This document shows positions 10,602 through 20,744 of a DNA stretch of 64,000 nt, piece by piece. The stretch's first letter is position 1. The number at the start of each line of letters is the position of its first letter. The translations under genes and the position numbers were made by a program. Under the pieces are notes generated by a model that saw only the letters and a program-made list of their open reading frames with translations, was not told the DNA's origin and did not search any database. Source of the DNA: Rhodopirellula sp. (lineage in GTDB: Bacteria > Planctomycetota > Planctomycetia > Pirellulales > Pirellulaceae); the NCBI GenBank assembly GCA_024644085.1, contig JAHELS010000004.1:894-64893 (forward strand), given 5' to 3'.

Positions 10602-12224
10602 TTACTTGTCGAAAAAGCTTTCGCCCTGTTTCCCAATCCCGTACACCGTTGCGATTTCGCCGGCGTCGAGCGAACGCGTCCAAAGCGCGAATTCGTCCAT
10701 TTGTCCAGCGAAGTGCCGCTGATTGCGCGAGGGCGGTTTCGATTGCGAACCAATCAAGAATGAATTGCCGCCAATGGAGGAATGATCGAGTATGCCGCTT
10801 CGCGTCGTCGCGGCCTCGGCAACCGACTTGCCGTTGACGTATGCCCGCTGGGTCTTGCCGTCCCACGTCACGGCGACGTGTGTCCACTCGGTGGCGTCCA
10901 ACGGAAACTGCAAGCCAACGCCGCCGGCCTTGGGCGTCAGATGAAACTTGGCCGTTTTTTCCTGGATCAAAAGTGTCAGAGATGTGTCGCCGTAAAAACC
11001 GACATCGAATACGAACTGCAGTTTCTTCGGCGGCGTCTTTACCCAGAGAGCCACGGTGACCCCGTCGACTTGTTCGCGCAGCAGGTCGACCGCGCCAACG
11101 ACATCCACATGGTCGTCGGTTCCGTCAAACATCACAGCTTTGTGGATCTGTCCCCCGACGTGGCCGGACGAAATCAATTTCGCTTGCAGCGAGTTCTTGA
11201 ACTTTCCGTGCAAGTCCTGGTGCATTTCCCTACCCGAGCGATGCGTGGATGCTTCGTCGAAATCGAGCCCGAACAGCAGACCATCGACGAGCGATCCGTT
11301 TTGCGGAGGTGCCCGCCAGGGCCGGACGCCACCACCCTTGAACTCGAGATAAGTGCGTTTCTCGGTCGTTGTCGTGACCTGCGTGACGTCGAGGCTTGGT
11401 CCCGCGTCCTTGCTCTGAGTGACGAGGACCTCGGTTGTCGATATCTGTTTGTCGAGATAGTCGGTGGAATAGTCGGCGGGAATCAGGATTCGTTCCTCGG
11501 TTTGCTGATCGGCTTTCTTGATGTACTGGTTCGGGTACTCGAGTTCCTCCGTCATTGCGATGCCGGTTGTAAAGGACAGGTCGAGACACAGCTTGTCGCG
11601 ATGCTGCTTGGTACCCAGCATCCTTCCCGTTGCGGTCAGCGATAGAACCTCGGGATATTCACGAAGTTGGGGCGGCCCGCTGGCCAGAATGGTGGCACGC
11701 ATACTGTCGACATTTGCGTTCCATTTCTCGCCCGTCTCCCTATTGACGGGAGTTTCCAGTGGCGCGTCGCCGGCGTGTTCGGGTAACTTCAGCAACTCTT
11801 CAATGCGACTTGCCGATTCGTCGAGCGGGGCGCCGTTTTCGAGCGAGACCGTGTAGTCCCCAATTCGATCAAACACCACCACCGTGCCGGGCCGCAGCAG
11901 CACCTTGGAAGCGCGGTCCTGGGCCGGCCCAACGAATCGAACGATTTTCGCAAGCCACACCGTGGGGTAACCGTCCTTGTCAACTTGGTCGATCGTGATG
12001 ACAGCCGACAAGTGTGTCGTCTCTTTTTCGCTCAAACGCTGTTCGTCACCCGGCACCGACAAAGTCCCGGTTGAGACTTTCGTGGTGGTGATTTCGGCGC
12101 GCCAGCGGTCGCCGCGTTCACAAGGTGCGGATCGTCGGATCGGGTAGGTCTGTGAATAAAGACTCGTCGTCCATGCGCACGCGAGTACGAGGGGAACAAT
12201 CAAAAAAGACCGGGTTAGGTTCAT
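10602..12224 (-). CDS. Exported protein with an unknown beta-rich N-domain and a C-terminal LamG/ConA-like domain
   Basis: Signal peptide; FDGTDDHV, TVALWVK, WTHVAVTWDG, YVNG, FAGQMDEFALWTRSL. Confidence 0.85.
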   Translation of the reverse strand: MNLTRSFLIVPLVLACAWTTSLYSQTYPIRRSAPCERGDRWRAEITTTKVSTGTLSVPGDEQRLSEKETTHLSAVITIDQVDKDGYPTVWLAKIVRFVGPAQDRASKVLLRPGTVVVFDRIGDYTVSLENGAPLDESASRIEELLKLPEHAGDAPLETPVNRETGEKWNANVDSMRATILASGPPQLREYPEVLSLTATGRMLGTKQHRDKLCLDLSFTTGIAMTEELEYPNQYIKKADQQTEERILIPADYSTDYLDKQISTTEVLVTQSKDAGPSLDVTQVTTTTEKRTYLEFKGGGVRPWRAPPQNGSLVDGLLFGLDFDEASTHRSGREMHQDLHGKFKNSLQAKLISSGHVGGQIHKAVMFDGTDDHVDVVGAVDLLREQVDGVTVALWVKTPPKKLQFVFDVGFYGDTSLTLLIQEKTAKFHLTPKAGGVGLQFPLDATEWTHVAVTWDGKTQRAYVNGKSVAEAATTRSGILDHSSIGGNSFLIGSQSKPPSRNQRHFAGQMDEFALWTRSLDAGEIATVYGIGKQGESFFDK

Positions 12225-12338
12225 GGCCAATTCCCCAAATTAGGGAGCAAGGAAATCGCCGCTTTTCAACCGCGGAACCGAACGAATTCACTCTGGTAAT
12301 GTTAAGATTCTACGGGCAGGCAAATCACAAAGCGAATT

Positions 12339-12734
12339 ATGAAAGCGACAAACGAGCCGCTGCGCGATGCTTACCGGCCTACGGCGGAGACGAAAGACGA
12401 AGATCATGTCCCACCGTCGCGCGGGAAAAGCGCACTTCCCGCGATCGGTTTTTTCGTTTCGCTGTTCGGGCTACTGGCGCCCGCGATCCTTGCGGGGCTG
12501 TCAATCCTTGGCGTCATCCATGTTGCATGGGATTCGATCTTGATTCCGGGGATCGCCCTGTTTGTCTGCGTCCCGATCTCGGTGTGCGGCGTGATCGTTT
12601 CCATCATCGCTTGCGTTTTGCATCGCAGTTGGCTGGCGGGCGCCGGAATCTTGCTCGGCGCCCTTGCAACTCTTGCGTCATTGGCAGCGACATGGTTGCT
12701 GGCGATGATCGGCCTGGCAAGCCATCCTGTTTAA
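12339..12734 (+). CDS. Hypothetical membrane protein (about 3 TM)
   Basis: Three hydrophobic segments after a DAYRP-containing polar N-terminus; fills the intergenic gap. Confidence 0.7.
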   Translation: MKATNEPLRDAYRPTAETKDEDHVPPSRGKSALPAIGFFVSLFGLLAPAILAGLSILGVIHVAWDSILIPGIALFVCVPISVCGVIVSIIACVLHRSWLAGAGILLGALATLASLAATWLLAMIGLASHPV

Positions 12735-12771
12735 ATGCTGCGGTCGAAAATGATGGCGCGGCCCGCTCGAG

Positions 12772-14160
12772 TTACGCCAGGGCTTCTTCGACGACGCGTC
12801 CGTGAACGTCGGTCAGCCGGAAATCGCGTCCGGCGTATCGGTAGGTCAATCGCTTATGATCGAGCCCCATCAAATGCAGAATCGTCGCGTGCAGATCGTG
12901 CAGATGAACTCGTCCTTCCACCGCTTTGAACCCAAGTTCATCTGTCGATCCGTGTTGAATTCCTCCCTTGGCGCCACCACCGGCCAGCCACATGGTGTAA
13001 CCATTGGGATTGTGATCGCGGCCATCGAGGTCTTTCTGTGCGGTGTCAGGAGTTCGGCCGAATTCGCCGCCCCAGAGCACGAGTGTTCGGTCGAGCAAAC
13101 CGCGTCGGCGAAGATCGCTCAGCAAGCCCGCGATCGGCTTGTCGGTCGCGGCGGCGCGGGCTTCGTGACCAGTGACGAGTTCGCGGTGTTGGTCCCAAAA
13201 CTCATCGCATAGTTCGACATGCCGGACGCCTGATTCGACCATGCGGCGGGCCAGCAAGCATTGGCGTCCGAAGTTGTCCGATTGCTTGCCTTCGCCGATT
13301 CCATAGAGATCAAGAGTCTCCTGGGTTTCGTCCGACAAATCCATCACGCTCGGGAGTTCCGATTGCATGCGGAATCCAAGTTCATAAGAATCGATCACCG
13401 CATCGACTTGCGAAGTCTCGCCGGTGATTTCTGCAGCGTATTCCTCATTCAGCTCGCGCAGGAAGTCGAGTTGACGTCGTTGCAGTTTTTTCGACAGCAA
13501 GGGATTGGCAAGATTGCCGATCTCGGCATCACGCACCGGCGTCTTGATGTCGCCGATCGCCGTACCCTGGTATACCGCTGGCAAAAAGGCGGAACCGTAA
13601 TTGTTTGCGCCACCATTGATTACCGGCGGGCTGATGCTGATGAACCCGGGAAGGTTCTGGTTCTCCGTGCCCAATCCATAGAGCAACCAGGATCCCATCG
13701 AGGGACGAGTGAATGTGAACGAACCTGTATGCAGATGCAGCATCGCAGGGGTGTGGTTGTTGATATCAGTGTGCATTCCGGACAACACGCAAAGTTCGTC
13801 CGCGTGCTCGGCGGTGTGTTCCAGGAGCTCCGAAACCCACAACCCGCTTTCGCCGCGTTGCTTCCACTTCCAATGGGAAGGTGTCAGCTTTCGGCCCTTC
13901 TTGTCTCCCTGCGCGGATGCCTGCTGATCAAGCTTCGGCTTGCGCTCGAAAGTTTCCATCGCCGACGGGCCGCCACGCATGTGAAGGAAAATCAAATTAT
14001 CGGCGGTTGCCCGATGGTGCGGCGTCTTTGGGGCGAGGCTGTTTTCGGTGGAATCCTCGCTGCTTGTCGACGCGTAGGCGCGGGCCTGCATGTCCATCAC
14101 AGCCACCGAACCAATACCACAGGTGGCACTGTGCAACATTTGGCGTCGAGATAAAAACAT
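12772..14160 (-). CDS. DUF1501 protein with Tat-like signal
   Basis: SRRQML; IFLHMRGGPS, RPSMGSW, CLLARRMVESGVR, WDQH, GEFGRTP, GRDH, RDFRLTDVHG. Confidence 0.93.
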   Translation of the reverse strand: MFLSRRQMLHSATCGIGSVAVMDMQARAYASTSSEDSTENSLAPKTPHHRATADNLIFLHMRGGPSAMETFERKPKLDQQASAQGDKKGRKLTPSHWKWKQRGESGLWVSELLEHTAEHADELCVLSGMHTDINNHTPAMLHLHTGSFTFTRPSMGSWLLYGLGTENQNLPGFISISPPVINGGANNYGSAFLPAVYQGTAIGDIKTPVRDAEIGNLANPLLSKKLQRRQLDFLRELNEEYAAEITGETSQVDAVIDSYELGFRMQSELPSVMDLSDETQETLDLYGIGEGKQSDNFGRQCLLARRMVESGVRHVELCDEFWDQHRELVTGHEARAAATDKPIAGLLSDLRRRGLLDRTLVLWGGEFGRTPDTAQKDLDGRDHNPNGYTMWLAGGGAKGGIQHGSTDELGFKAVEGRVHLHDLHATILHLMGLDHKRLTYRYAGRDFRLTDVHGRVVEEALA

Positions 14161-14185
14161 GTTTCGCTTTTTTCGTTTCAGGTTT

Positions 14186-16687
14186 CTAATCAATGAATCG
14201 GAATTTGGCGCTGGCAATCAACGATTGACAATACGTCGTCCAGGCCAATCGTCTGGGGTTCGCAGCTTTCTTCGGAGCGTTTTCGGTCATCTGTCCGATG
14301 AACTGAAGGTCACGCTCGATGCGTAATGTGTCGGGTGCCACTGAGAAACATCGCATGTGTGCCGCCTGGACACGGTCGCCATCGGAATCCAGGGATGGAT
14401 CCGACAGCAGTTCATCCGCAAAGCTTCTGGCCACGCGGACTGCAAAACCGCTGTTCATCAGGAATAGGGATTGAGTCGGCGTGGTGTTGCTGTCGCGAAG
14501 CCCCTGGACATTCGATGGCTCCGGAAAATCAAACAGGCGAAGTTGTTCCGGAACGATGCCGCGAATGATCGGCAAATAGACGCTGCGGTGATCAAACGGT
14601 TCGTCCAGCACCGATGTGTCGATGTTGCGCCCCACTTCGCCTTCACCAATTTGCATGACAAGCGATCCTGAGGGTGGCGTCGGATCGAGAAGTCCCGAGA
14701 CGGACAGCATTGCGTCGCGAAGCGGTTCGGCTTCGAGTCGTCGGCGCGGCATCCGCCAGCGCAAGCGGTTGTCGGGATCCGCCTCGAACGCGACATCGTT
14801 CATCTCGCTTGAAAGCTGATAGGTTCGAGAAAGAACCAGTTCACGAATCATCGATTTGGTTGACCAGCGATGGGTATGCACAAATCGATGAGCCAAGTAG
14901 TCGAGAAGATTCGGATGCGACGGAAGTGCCCCGGCCGTCCCAAAGTTATCGACCGACTCGACGATGCCGCTGCCCATCAAATGATGCCAGATTCGATTGA
15001 CCGCAACGCGTGGCGTGAGCGGGTTGTCCTGATGCACGAGCCATGCCGCCAGCTGACGCCTGCCACTTTCGCTGGTGTCGATCGGAGGGCTCTCGTCGGG
15101 CTGGCATAGATTGCCGATGGCCGAGAGGAAACCGCGCCGCGCGACCTCGCCCGGTTGTCCCTTGTCACCCCTGATCAGCACCTTGGCGTCGGCGATCTTC
15201 TTCGCATCTTGAACGCCGATTGCGTATTCAGGTTCGTCGCCAAGTCGTTGCTTCGCCACAGCGAGCGCCTCCTCGCGTTGTTTCAATACACGAGAGGCTC
15301 CCTGGTACAGTCGGACCACGTTCGCTGCTTCGGACTCAAGCGTTTCACCCGGCGGTGAGTCCGTGTTATTGGGGAACCCGTTTGGCAAGTCTTTTTCAAG
15401 GGAGGCAACCCTCTTTCGCGACGATCTGATTTGCTTTTCGAGTTGCTCAACCTCTTTTTCGGCCTCTGCAAACGATTCGGCTTCTTCGGGATCGATGTCA
15501 CTCTGTAGCGGCAGGTAGAACGCCCCTTTCTCCTTTGCGTTTTTCGGCCGCCTGGTGCCGCCCCCGTACCGGGTATCGGTGCTGAGGAAAATCCCGGCCA
15601 GCGAGTAGTAGTCCTTCGTTGGAATCGGATCGAATTTGTGATCGTGACATCGGGCGCACGAGACTGTTAGACCCAAAACCGATTTTGAGATCACGTCAAT
15701 CTGGTCGTCGATCACGTCGTAAGTCAGGTTGCCACCGTTAAGCGATTTTGACCCGATCGCAAGTAATCCGGTTGCGACTGTTTGCCGGTACCTGTCGTCT
15801 TCCGTTTCCGCCTCCAGCAGATCGCCCGCGACTTGCTCGGTGATGAAACGGTCGTACGGCATGTCGGAGTTGAATGCGTCGATCACGAAGTCACGGTAGC
15901 GCCACGCATACAGCATCAACACGTCACGACTGCTGCCGGCCGATTCGGCGTAGCGTGCGATGTCCAACCAATGGCGTCCCCAACGCTCGCCAAATTGACT
16001 CGATGCAAGCAATTGATCCACAATTCGAGCGAACTGGGCATTGGAGGGGTCGGCGACAAATGCAGCGACCACGTCGGGCGGCGGAGGCAGACCGATGAGG
16101 TCAAAGTAGACGCGGCGGACGAGCGTTGCCGGTGCGGCATCGGCGTTGGGCTCGAGCCCGGCGTCGAGAATTCGATCCAACACAAAACGATCGCAGCCGG
16201 ACCGTGGCCAGGGATGTTCCTTGATCGCGGGAGGAATCACCGGATCGACCGGAATCAATGACCAGAGTTCGGCGGGCGGCCGTTGGTCCGCTTCGCGGGG
16301 CTCGGCAGGCAGCTGGTCGCGCGGATCGGGAGCTCCGAGTTGAATCCATCGTCGAAAGTCGGCGATGACCGAATCGGGGAGCATTTCGTCGGGAGGCATT
16401 TCTAGATCGCGGTATTCCACGGCCCGCGTCAACAGACTATCGCGCGGGTTTCCAGCAATGATGGCCCGGCCCGTTTCGCCGCCGGCTTGCCACCCCGCTT
16501 TTGAATCGAGCAAGAGGTTGCCACCGACGTCCTCGGCATCGTCCGAATGACACTCGTAACAGTATTCGATCAAGGCGGGGCGAATCTTTTTCTCGAAAAG
16601 TTCCAATCCGGCGCGAGTCTTCGGCGACTGTGCCACCGCAATCGAAACGTGGATAACGGCGAAAATCAGGATGCAAATTCGTTGCAT
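14186..16687 (-). CDS. Planctomycete cytochrome c (PSCyt1) + DUF1549 (PSCyt2) + DUF1553 (PSD1) protein
   Basis: CYECH...EMPP; FGERWGRHWLDIARYAES; CARCHDHKFDP; NPLTPRVAVNRIW; RRLEAEPLRDAML. Confidence 0.93.
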   Translation of the reverse strand: MQRICILIFAVIHVSIAVAQSPKTRAGLELFEKKIRPALIEYCYECHSDDAEDVGGNLLLDSKAGWQAGGETGRAIIAGNPRDSLLTRAVEYRDLEMPPDEMLPDSVIADFRRWIQLGAPDPRDQLPAEPREADQRPPAELWSLIPVDPVIPPAIKEHPWPRSGCDRFVLDRILDAGLEPNADAAPATLVRRVYFDLIGLPPPPDVVAAFVADPSNAQFARIVDQLLASSQFGERWGRHWLDIARYAESAGSSRDVLMLYAWRYRDFVIDAFNSDMPYDRFITEQVAGDLLEAETEDDRYRQTVATGLLAIGSKSLNGGNLTYDVIDDQIDVISKSVLGLTVSCARCHDHKFDPIPTKDYYSLAGIFLSTDTRYGGGTRRPKNAKEKGAFYLPLQSDIDPEEAESFAEAEKEVEQLEKQIRSSRKRVASLEKDLPNGFPNNTDSPPGETLESEAANVVRLYQGASRVLKQREEALAVAKQRLGDEPEYAIGVQDAKKIADAKVLIRGDKGQPGEVARRGFLSAIGNLCQPDESPPIDTSESGRRQLAAWLVHQDNPLTPRVAVNRIWHHLMGSGIVESVDNFGTAGALPSHPNLLDYLAHRFVHTHRWSTKSMIRELVLSRTYQLSSEMNDVAFEADPDNRLRWRMPRRRLEAEPLRDAMLSVSGLLDPTPPSGSLVMQIGEGEVGRNIDTSVLDEPFDHRSVYLPIIRGIVPEQLRLFDFPEPSNVQGLRDSNTTPTQSLFLMNSGFAVRVARSFADELLSDPSLDSDGDRVQAAHMRCFSVAPDTLRIERDLQFIGQMTENAPKKAANPRRLAWTTYCQSLIASAKFRFID

Positions 16688-16801
16688 TTGGGCGAGGTGC
16701 GTAGAGGTAGGCTCATGGACCCGGGATCGCTGGGTGCATGTGAGTCGCGGTGGGGCGCGGGAGGAAGCGCATTGTAATCAACGTCCGTGAAAAGCCGCAA
16801 T

Positions 16802-17572
16802 TCAGCCTCGTTTTCGCGGGAATGCTGGTGGTTGTCCATACCACTCGGGGTGGTGACCACGTCGCACTGCCAACAAGATTGCCTTGCCGTGAAGATGCTC
16901 GGGACCGTGCGTGTAATCCCACTCGAGCCGTTCTTCATAGTGCAAAATTCGCAATGCGGAATTTTCGGCTGTCGCCCACATCGCAAGTTGATTTGGGGAA
17001 AAATAGTTGACCACCGCGCCGGCGGTTTCGCTAACCGGCGCGTCGCTCTCGCATCCTGGTTGCTGGTCGCATCCGGGATCTTCTGTGGTGTGCACTTCGG
17101 CGAACAGAAACCCTTGATCGGACAACGCTTCGGTCATGCGTCGCCAAACTTTCTCCGCGTCGTCGGCGGGGATGTGATCGAGGACGGTCGTGGCGACGAT
17201 GGCGTCATATTGCCTCGGCGTCATTTCGAGTTTGCGCACGTCGGCGGCGAGGGTCGTGATCTGGCTGAGCAGTCCTGCCTTCTCGGCGCGCTGCTCGATG
17301 CGTTCAAGGCCACGCCGGCTGAGATCAACCGCGGTCACGTTGTAACCGGCTCGGGCCAACGCGAGCGTATCGCGGCCAGCACCGGCGCCGAGATCGAGTG
17401 CCGCAATTTGCCCATCGAGCGCCGCACGTTGTCCATCGACACCTTGTCCTTTTGCCCCGCCCCCCAAAATCACCTGATCGAGATATGCCTGGACCGCTGA
17501 CGAGGGGGTCATGCCGTAAGCGATGTCGGCCCGATCGTACGGCTCAAAAAATGGGTCGGTCGCCTCAGGCAT
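16802..17572 (-). CDS. Class I SAM-dependent methyltransferase (TehB-like)
   Basis: ALDLGAGAGRDTLALARAGYNVTAVDLS; C-terminal HYEE...HGPEHLH; start uncertain (17572 or 17578). Confidence 0.85.
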   Translation of the reverse strand: MPEATDPFFEPYDRADIAYGMTPSSAVQAYLDQVILGGGAKGQGVDGQRAALDGQIAALDLGAGAGRDTLALARAGYNVTAVDLSRRGLERIEQRAEKAGLLSQITTLAADVRKLEMTPRQYDAIVATTVLDHIPADDAEKVWRRMTEALSDQGFLFAEVHTTEDPGCDQQPGCESDAPVSETAGAVVNYFSPNQLAMWATAENSALRILHYEERLEWDYTHGPEHLHGKAILLAVRRGHHPEWYGQPPAFPRKRG

Positions 17573-17732
17573 GATCATTGATAGATTCTGGCGGATGACA
17601 TCGAAACTGAATTGCCCAAATCGTAACCTCTGGCGCATTGGGTCGCAGCAGGCACCGATCCCGTCGCGGTAAGATAAGGTCCCCCTCGATCCATTGCCGC
17701 AGTCGCTTCCCGCCTCGTATCTGGTTTCCTCC

Positions 17733-20180
17733 ATGAGCTACTTTCGCGTAACCCAGGTTTTCTTCCTGACCCTCGTCGCTTCGTTGCCAGGTGTTTCGGC
17801 AGCGACCATCGAGACGATTGGCCCGGGCAATCGATTTCCCATGCAGGGAAAGGAGGTCGATTGGATCGACGGCGATTACGTGATTCGCAATGACAAGATC
17901 GTCGCTGTCATCGCCCGGCCCGGCCGTCTGCGTGATGCCAACATGACGGTGCGAGGGGCTGGCGCCGGCGTCATCGATTTGACGCGCCTTGATGTCCAAT
18001 CGGATCAACTCAGTTGTTTCTACCCTGGGGCGGGCCGTTACCAGTTTTTCGACGATTCAATGGTCGAACATGGTGATTTAGAGAACGGTGGTGTTTTCTG
18101 GCGTTGTACATCGACAGCCGCCCTGGCCAGCAACGACACTGCGGCGACGGTGGAGTACCAACTTCGTGATGGTGATTCGTTCTTGCAGGTAACCGTTCGC
18201 GTGGAAGGGAAAGATGTATCCAGTATTGTTCCCGCCGATGGTGTCCGCGCTGATCGAACGTTTAAGTTCGCTGCAATTCCCGAAACATCGATCGCGTATT
18301 GCGAGGATCAGGTTTTTCGTCAAACGTACGGATTCGAATCAGTCGGCAATGACAATCCACCCCAATGGAGTAATGATCGGCTGAAGCAGGTGCGGTATGG
18401 AGACGGTGCACTCAATCGCGTCGAAAACGGCGTCTCCTGGTCGATCCGACTGATCCCGGCCAGTTCGCCGGTTGATCTCTGGGGTATCGCCAGAGGTGCA
18501 GCACCGCAAACCTTCTTTGTCCGCGCGGCGGTCGGCGACCAGCCACGCATCAAACTGAGCGTCGTCGAAGGCGATCTTGGATCCATCAAGTTGCCTGCCG
18601 CTTGGCGATCGGGCCCCGACGGGCGGTCCATCGTGCACCTGCCGCCCGGGCAGTACCGAATTCGCGCCGAGGCGATCGGCCACGAGCCGGTTGAGACGGT
18701 GATTGAAGTCAAAGACGACGAAGCGACGCACGAGTTACAACTTGGAAAAGCGACCCGCGTTGTGGCCAATGTTACGGATACCCATGGGGATCAAATTCCT
18801 TGCAAGGTGACGTTCTACGGCATCGATACGCCGGATGGCAAAGCGACACCCAATCCCGTGTTCGGTCTCGACAGCCAGAGTGGATCGGTTGGCAATTGCG
18901 TTTACAGCGCCGACGGTACCTTCGTCCGGTCGATTCCGCCGGGCTCTTACGAATTGCTCATCAGTCGCGGGCCGGAATACGACGTGGTCTTTAAAAAAAT
19001 CAATTTGAAACCGGGGGAGGCGGCCGAAGTCAGTGCCCGGCTTGAACGGGTTGTCGACACGTCGGGCTGGATTAGTGCTGAGTTGCACAGCCACAGCAGC
19101 CCTTCGGGTGACAATACGTCGGAACAACTCGGCCGTGTCGAAAACTTGATCTGTGAGCACTTGGAGTTTGCGCCCTGTACGGAGCATCAGCGGATCGAAT
19201 CGTACGATGACCAGTTGGAGATTCTCGGTGCCTCGCGGTATATGGCGACCTGCAGTGGCATGGAGTTGACCGGCAGCCTGCTTCCGATCAACCACCAGAA
19301 TGCGTTTCCACTTCAATGGAAACCTTACGCCCAGGATGGTGGTGGACCACGAACCGACGGCGATCCGGTGAAGCAGATCGCGAGGTTGGTGATGTGGGAT
19401 GAGGATGCGGACAAGGTCGTGCAAACCAACCATCCAAACCTGCGCCAAATGGTCCACGATCGGGATTTGGACGGCAAAGACGATGGCGGGTTCGCGAAAA
19501 TGCTGGATTACATGGACATCATCGAAGTCCATCCACCGGAGGACATTTTTCTCTCGCCTGAACAGGTTGCTGAGAAAAAAAATCCTGACGCGTCTCGGAT
19601 GCAGCCATGGATGGATTTGATCAAAAATGGACGCCGGATACCTGGCGTGGTCAACACCGATGCCCATTACAACTGGCATGGCAGCGGTTGGCTTCGCAAT
19701 TGGGTTCGTTGCAGCACAGATGACCCGGCGGAAATCGAAACCGATGAAATGACGCGCCGACTCGAGACAGGTCAGATCATCATGTCGACCGGACCCTACA
19801 TGACCGTGCAACTGCACCACGAGGATTTGGAACAGCCGGCTGAGGTCGGCGACTCAGTGGCGGTGAGCCATGGGCGGGTTGAAGTTTCAATCAAGGTGCA
19901 GTGTGCGAATTGGCTTGACATCAATCGAGTCGAGGTTTTTGTCAACGGACAGATGCAGGGTGAGCTATCGCGGACCCGCGCGAAACATGCCGACGATTTT
20001 GAGGACGGAGTCGTCAAATTCGATCAGCGGTTACCGATTACCCTTCCCGAAGACGCCTTTGTCATCGTCGCAGCAATTGGCGAGCGATTGGAGCTGGGCC
20101 GTGTGATGGGCGAAAACTACGGCCGCCGACCACCGGTCGTGGTGAGTAACCCGATTTATGTGAAAACGAATGCCCCGTGA
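17733..20180 (+). CDS. Exported CehA/McbA-family PHP metallohydrolase with Ig-like domains
   Basis: Signal peptide; SRGPEY, WISAELHSHS, TEH, HQNAFP, NHP, NTDAH and SNPIYV. Confidence 0.87.
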   Translation: MSYFRVTQVFFLTLVASLPGVSAATIETIGPGNRFPMQGKEVDWIDGDYVIRNDKIVAVIARPGRLRDANMTVRGAGAGVIDLTRLDVQSDQLSCFYPGAGRYQFFDDSMVEHGDLENGGVFWRCTSTAALASNDTAATVEYQLRDGDSFLQVTVRVEGKDVSSIVPADGVRADRTFKFAAIPETSIAYCEDQVFRQTYGFESVGNDNPPQWSNDRLKQVRYGDGALNRVENGVSWSIRLIPASSPVDLWGIARGAAPQTFFVRAAVGDQPRIKLSVVEGDLGSIKLPAAWRSGPDGRSIVHLPPGQYRIRAEAIGHEPVETVIEVKDDEATHELQLGKATRVVANVTDTHGDQIPCKVTFYGIDTPDGKATPNPVFGLDSQSGSVGNCVYSADGTFVRSIPPGSYELLISRGPEYDVVFKKINLKPGEAAEVSARLERVVDTSGWISAELHSHSSPSGDNTSEQLGRVENLICEHLEFAPCTEHQRIESYDDQLEILGASRYMATCSGMELTGSLLPINHQNAFPLQWKPYAQDGGGPRTDGDPVKQIARLVMWDEDADKVVQTNHPNLRQMVHDRDLDGKDDGGFAKMLDYMDIIEVHPPEDIFLSPEQVAEKKNPDASRMQPWMDLIKNGRRIPGVVNTDAHYNWHGSGWLRNWVRCSTDDPAEIETDEMTRRLETGQIIMSTGPYMTVQLHHEDLEQPAEVGDSVAVSHGRVEVSIKVQCANWLDINRVEVFVNGQMQGELSRTRAKHADDFEDGVVKFDQRLPITLPEDAFVIVAAIGERLELGRVMGENYGRRPPVVVSNPIYVKTNAP

Positions 20181-20185
20181 GACGC

Positions 20186-20300
20186 GTGTGTCGCGACGAT
20201 TTGGCACACCGATTCAACTTTGGATTGTGTCGCACTGGCACACAGAGCACGGTTTTCGAACGATTCCACGGATCCCCGTGTTCCGGTACGAATTGTGCAT
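20186..20300 (+). promoter_or_regulatory. Candidate sigma54 -24/-12 promoter with two upstream dyads
   Basis: ccGGtacgaattgtGCat (GG 20285-86, GC 20297-98, 10-nt spacer); TGTGTCGC...TGGCACAC occurs twice (20187-20209 and 20226-20243). Confidence 0.45.
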
Positions 20301-20361
20301 GAATCAGTACTTACGCAGTTTTTCCCGCCAGATTTGTTCGAAAGGATAAAGGGGAGATCGT

Positions 20362-20646
20362 ATGTCAGAAAGCAGACAGAGTTTGATCAGTAATTTGATT
20401 CGAGACATCAAGCAGGAACGCGATGAGATCGCTGTTCAGATTCACCTCGGGAAGCAGGAATTGAAGGACGAGTGGCATCTTCTTGAAGGGAAACTGTCGG
20501 ACTTGAACCGGCGTTTCGATCCGGTAAAGGACGCCGTGGGCGAGACATCCGAAGACGTCTGGGACTCGCTCAAGTTGGTCGCCGGGGAATTGAAGGATGG
20601 TTTTCAGCGGGTCGGCAAGGCACTCAAGGACGAGATCAAAAAGTGA
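20362..20646 (+). CDS. Small conserved-looking helical/coiled-coil hypothetical protein
   Basis: GGGGAG RBS; KQERDEIAVQIHLGKQELKDEW...GELKDGFQRV amphipathic helices. Confidence 0.82.
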   Translation: MSESRQSLISNLIRDIKQERDEIAVQIHLGKQELKDEWHLLEGKLSDLNRRFDPVKDAVGETSEDVWDSLKLVAGELKDGFQRVGKALKDEIKK

Positions 20647-20656
20647 GCGATCCATG

Positions 20657-20693
20657 AAAAAACCGCCGCTGTCCCGAAAAGGACAGCGACGGT
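20657..20693 (-). terminator. Rho-independent terminator of the YTV-protein gene (may also act on the + strand)
   Basis: 13-bp stem ACCGCCGCTGTCC/GGACAGCGACGGT with one G-U pair on the minus strand, followed by U6; lies between convergent genes. Confidence 0.85.
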
Positions 20694-20744
20694 CTCGCTA
20701 CTCAACAGCAAAGTGCTCCCGAGTGATTCTTCGCGTCGGCGTTC

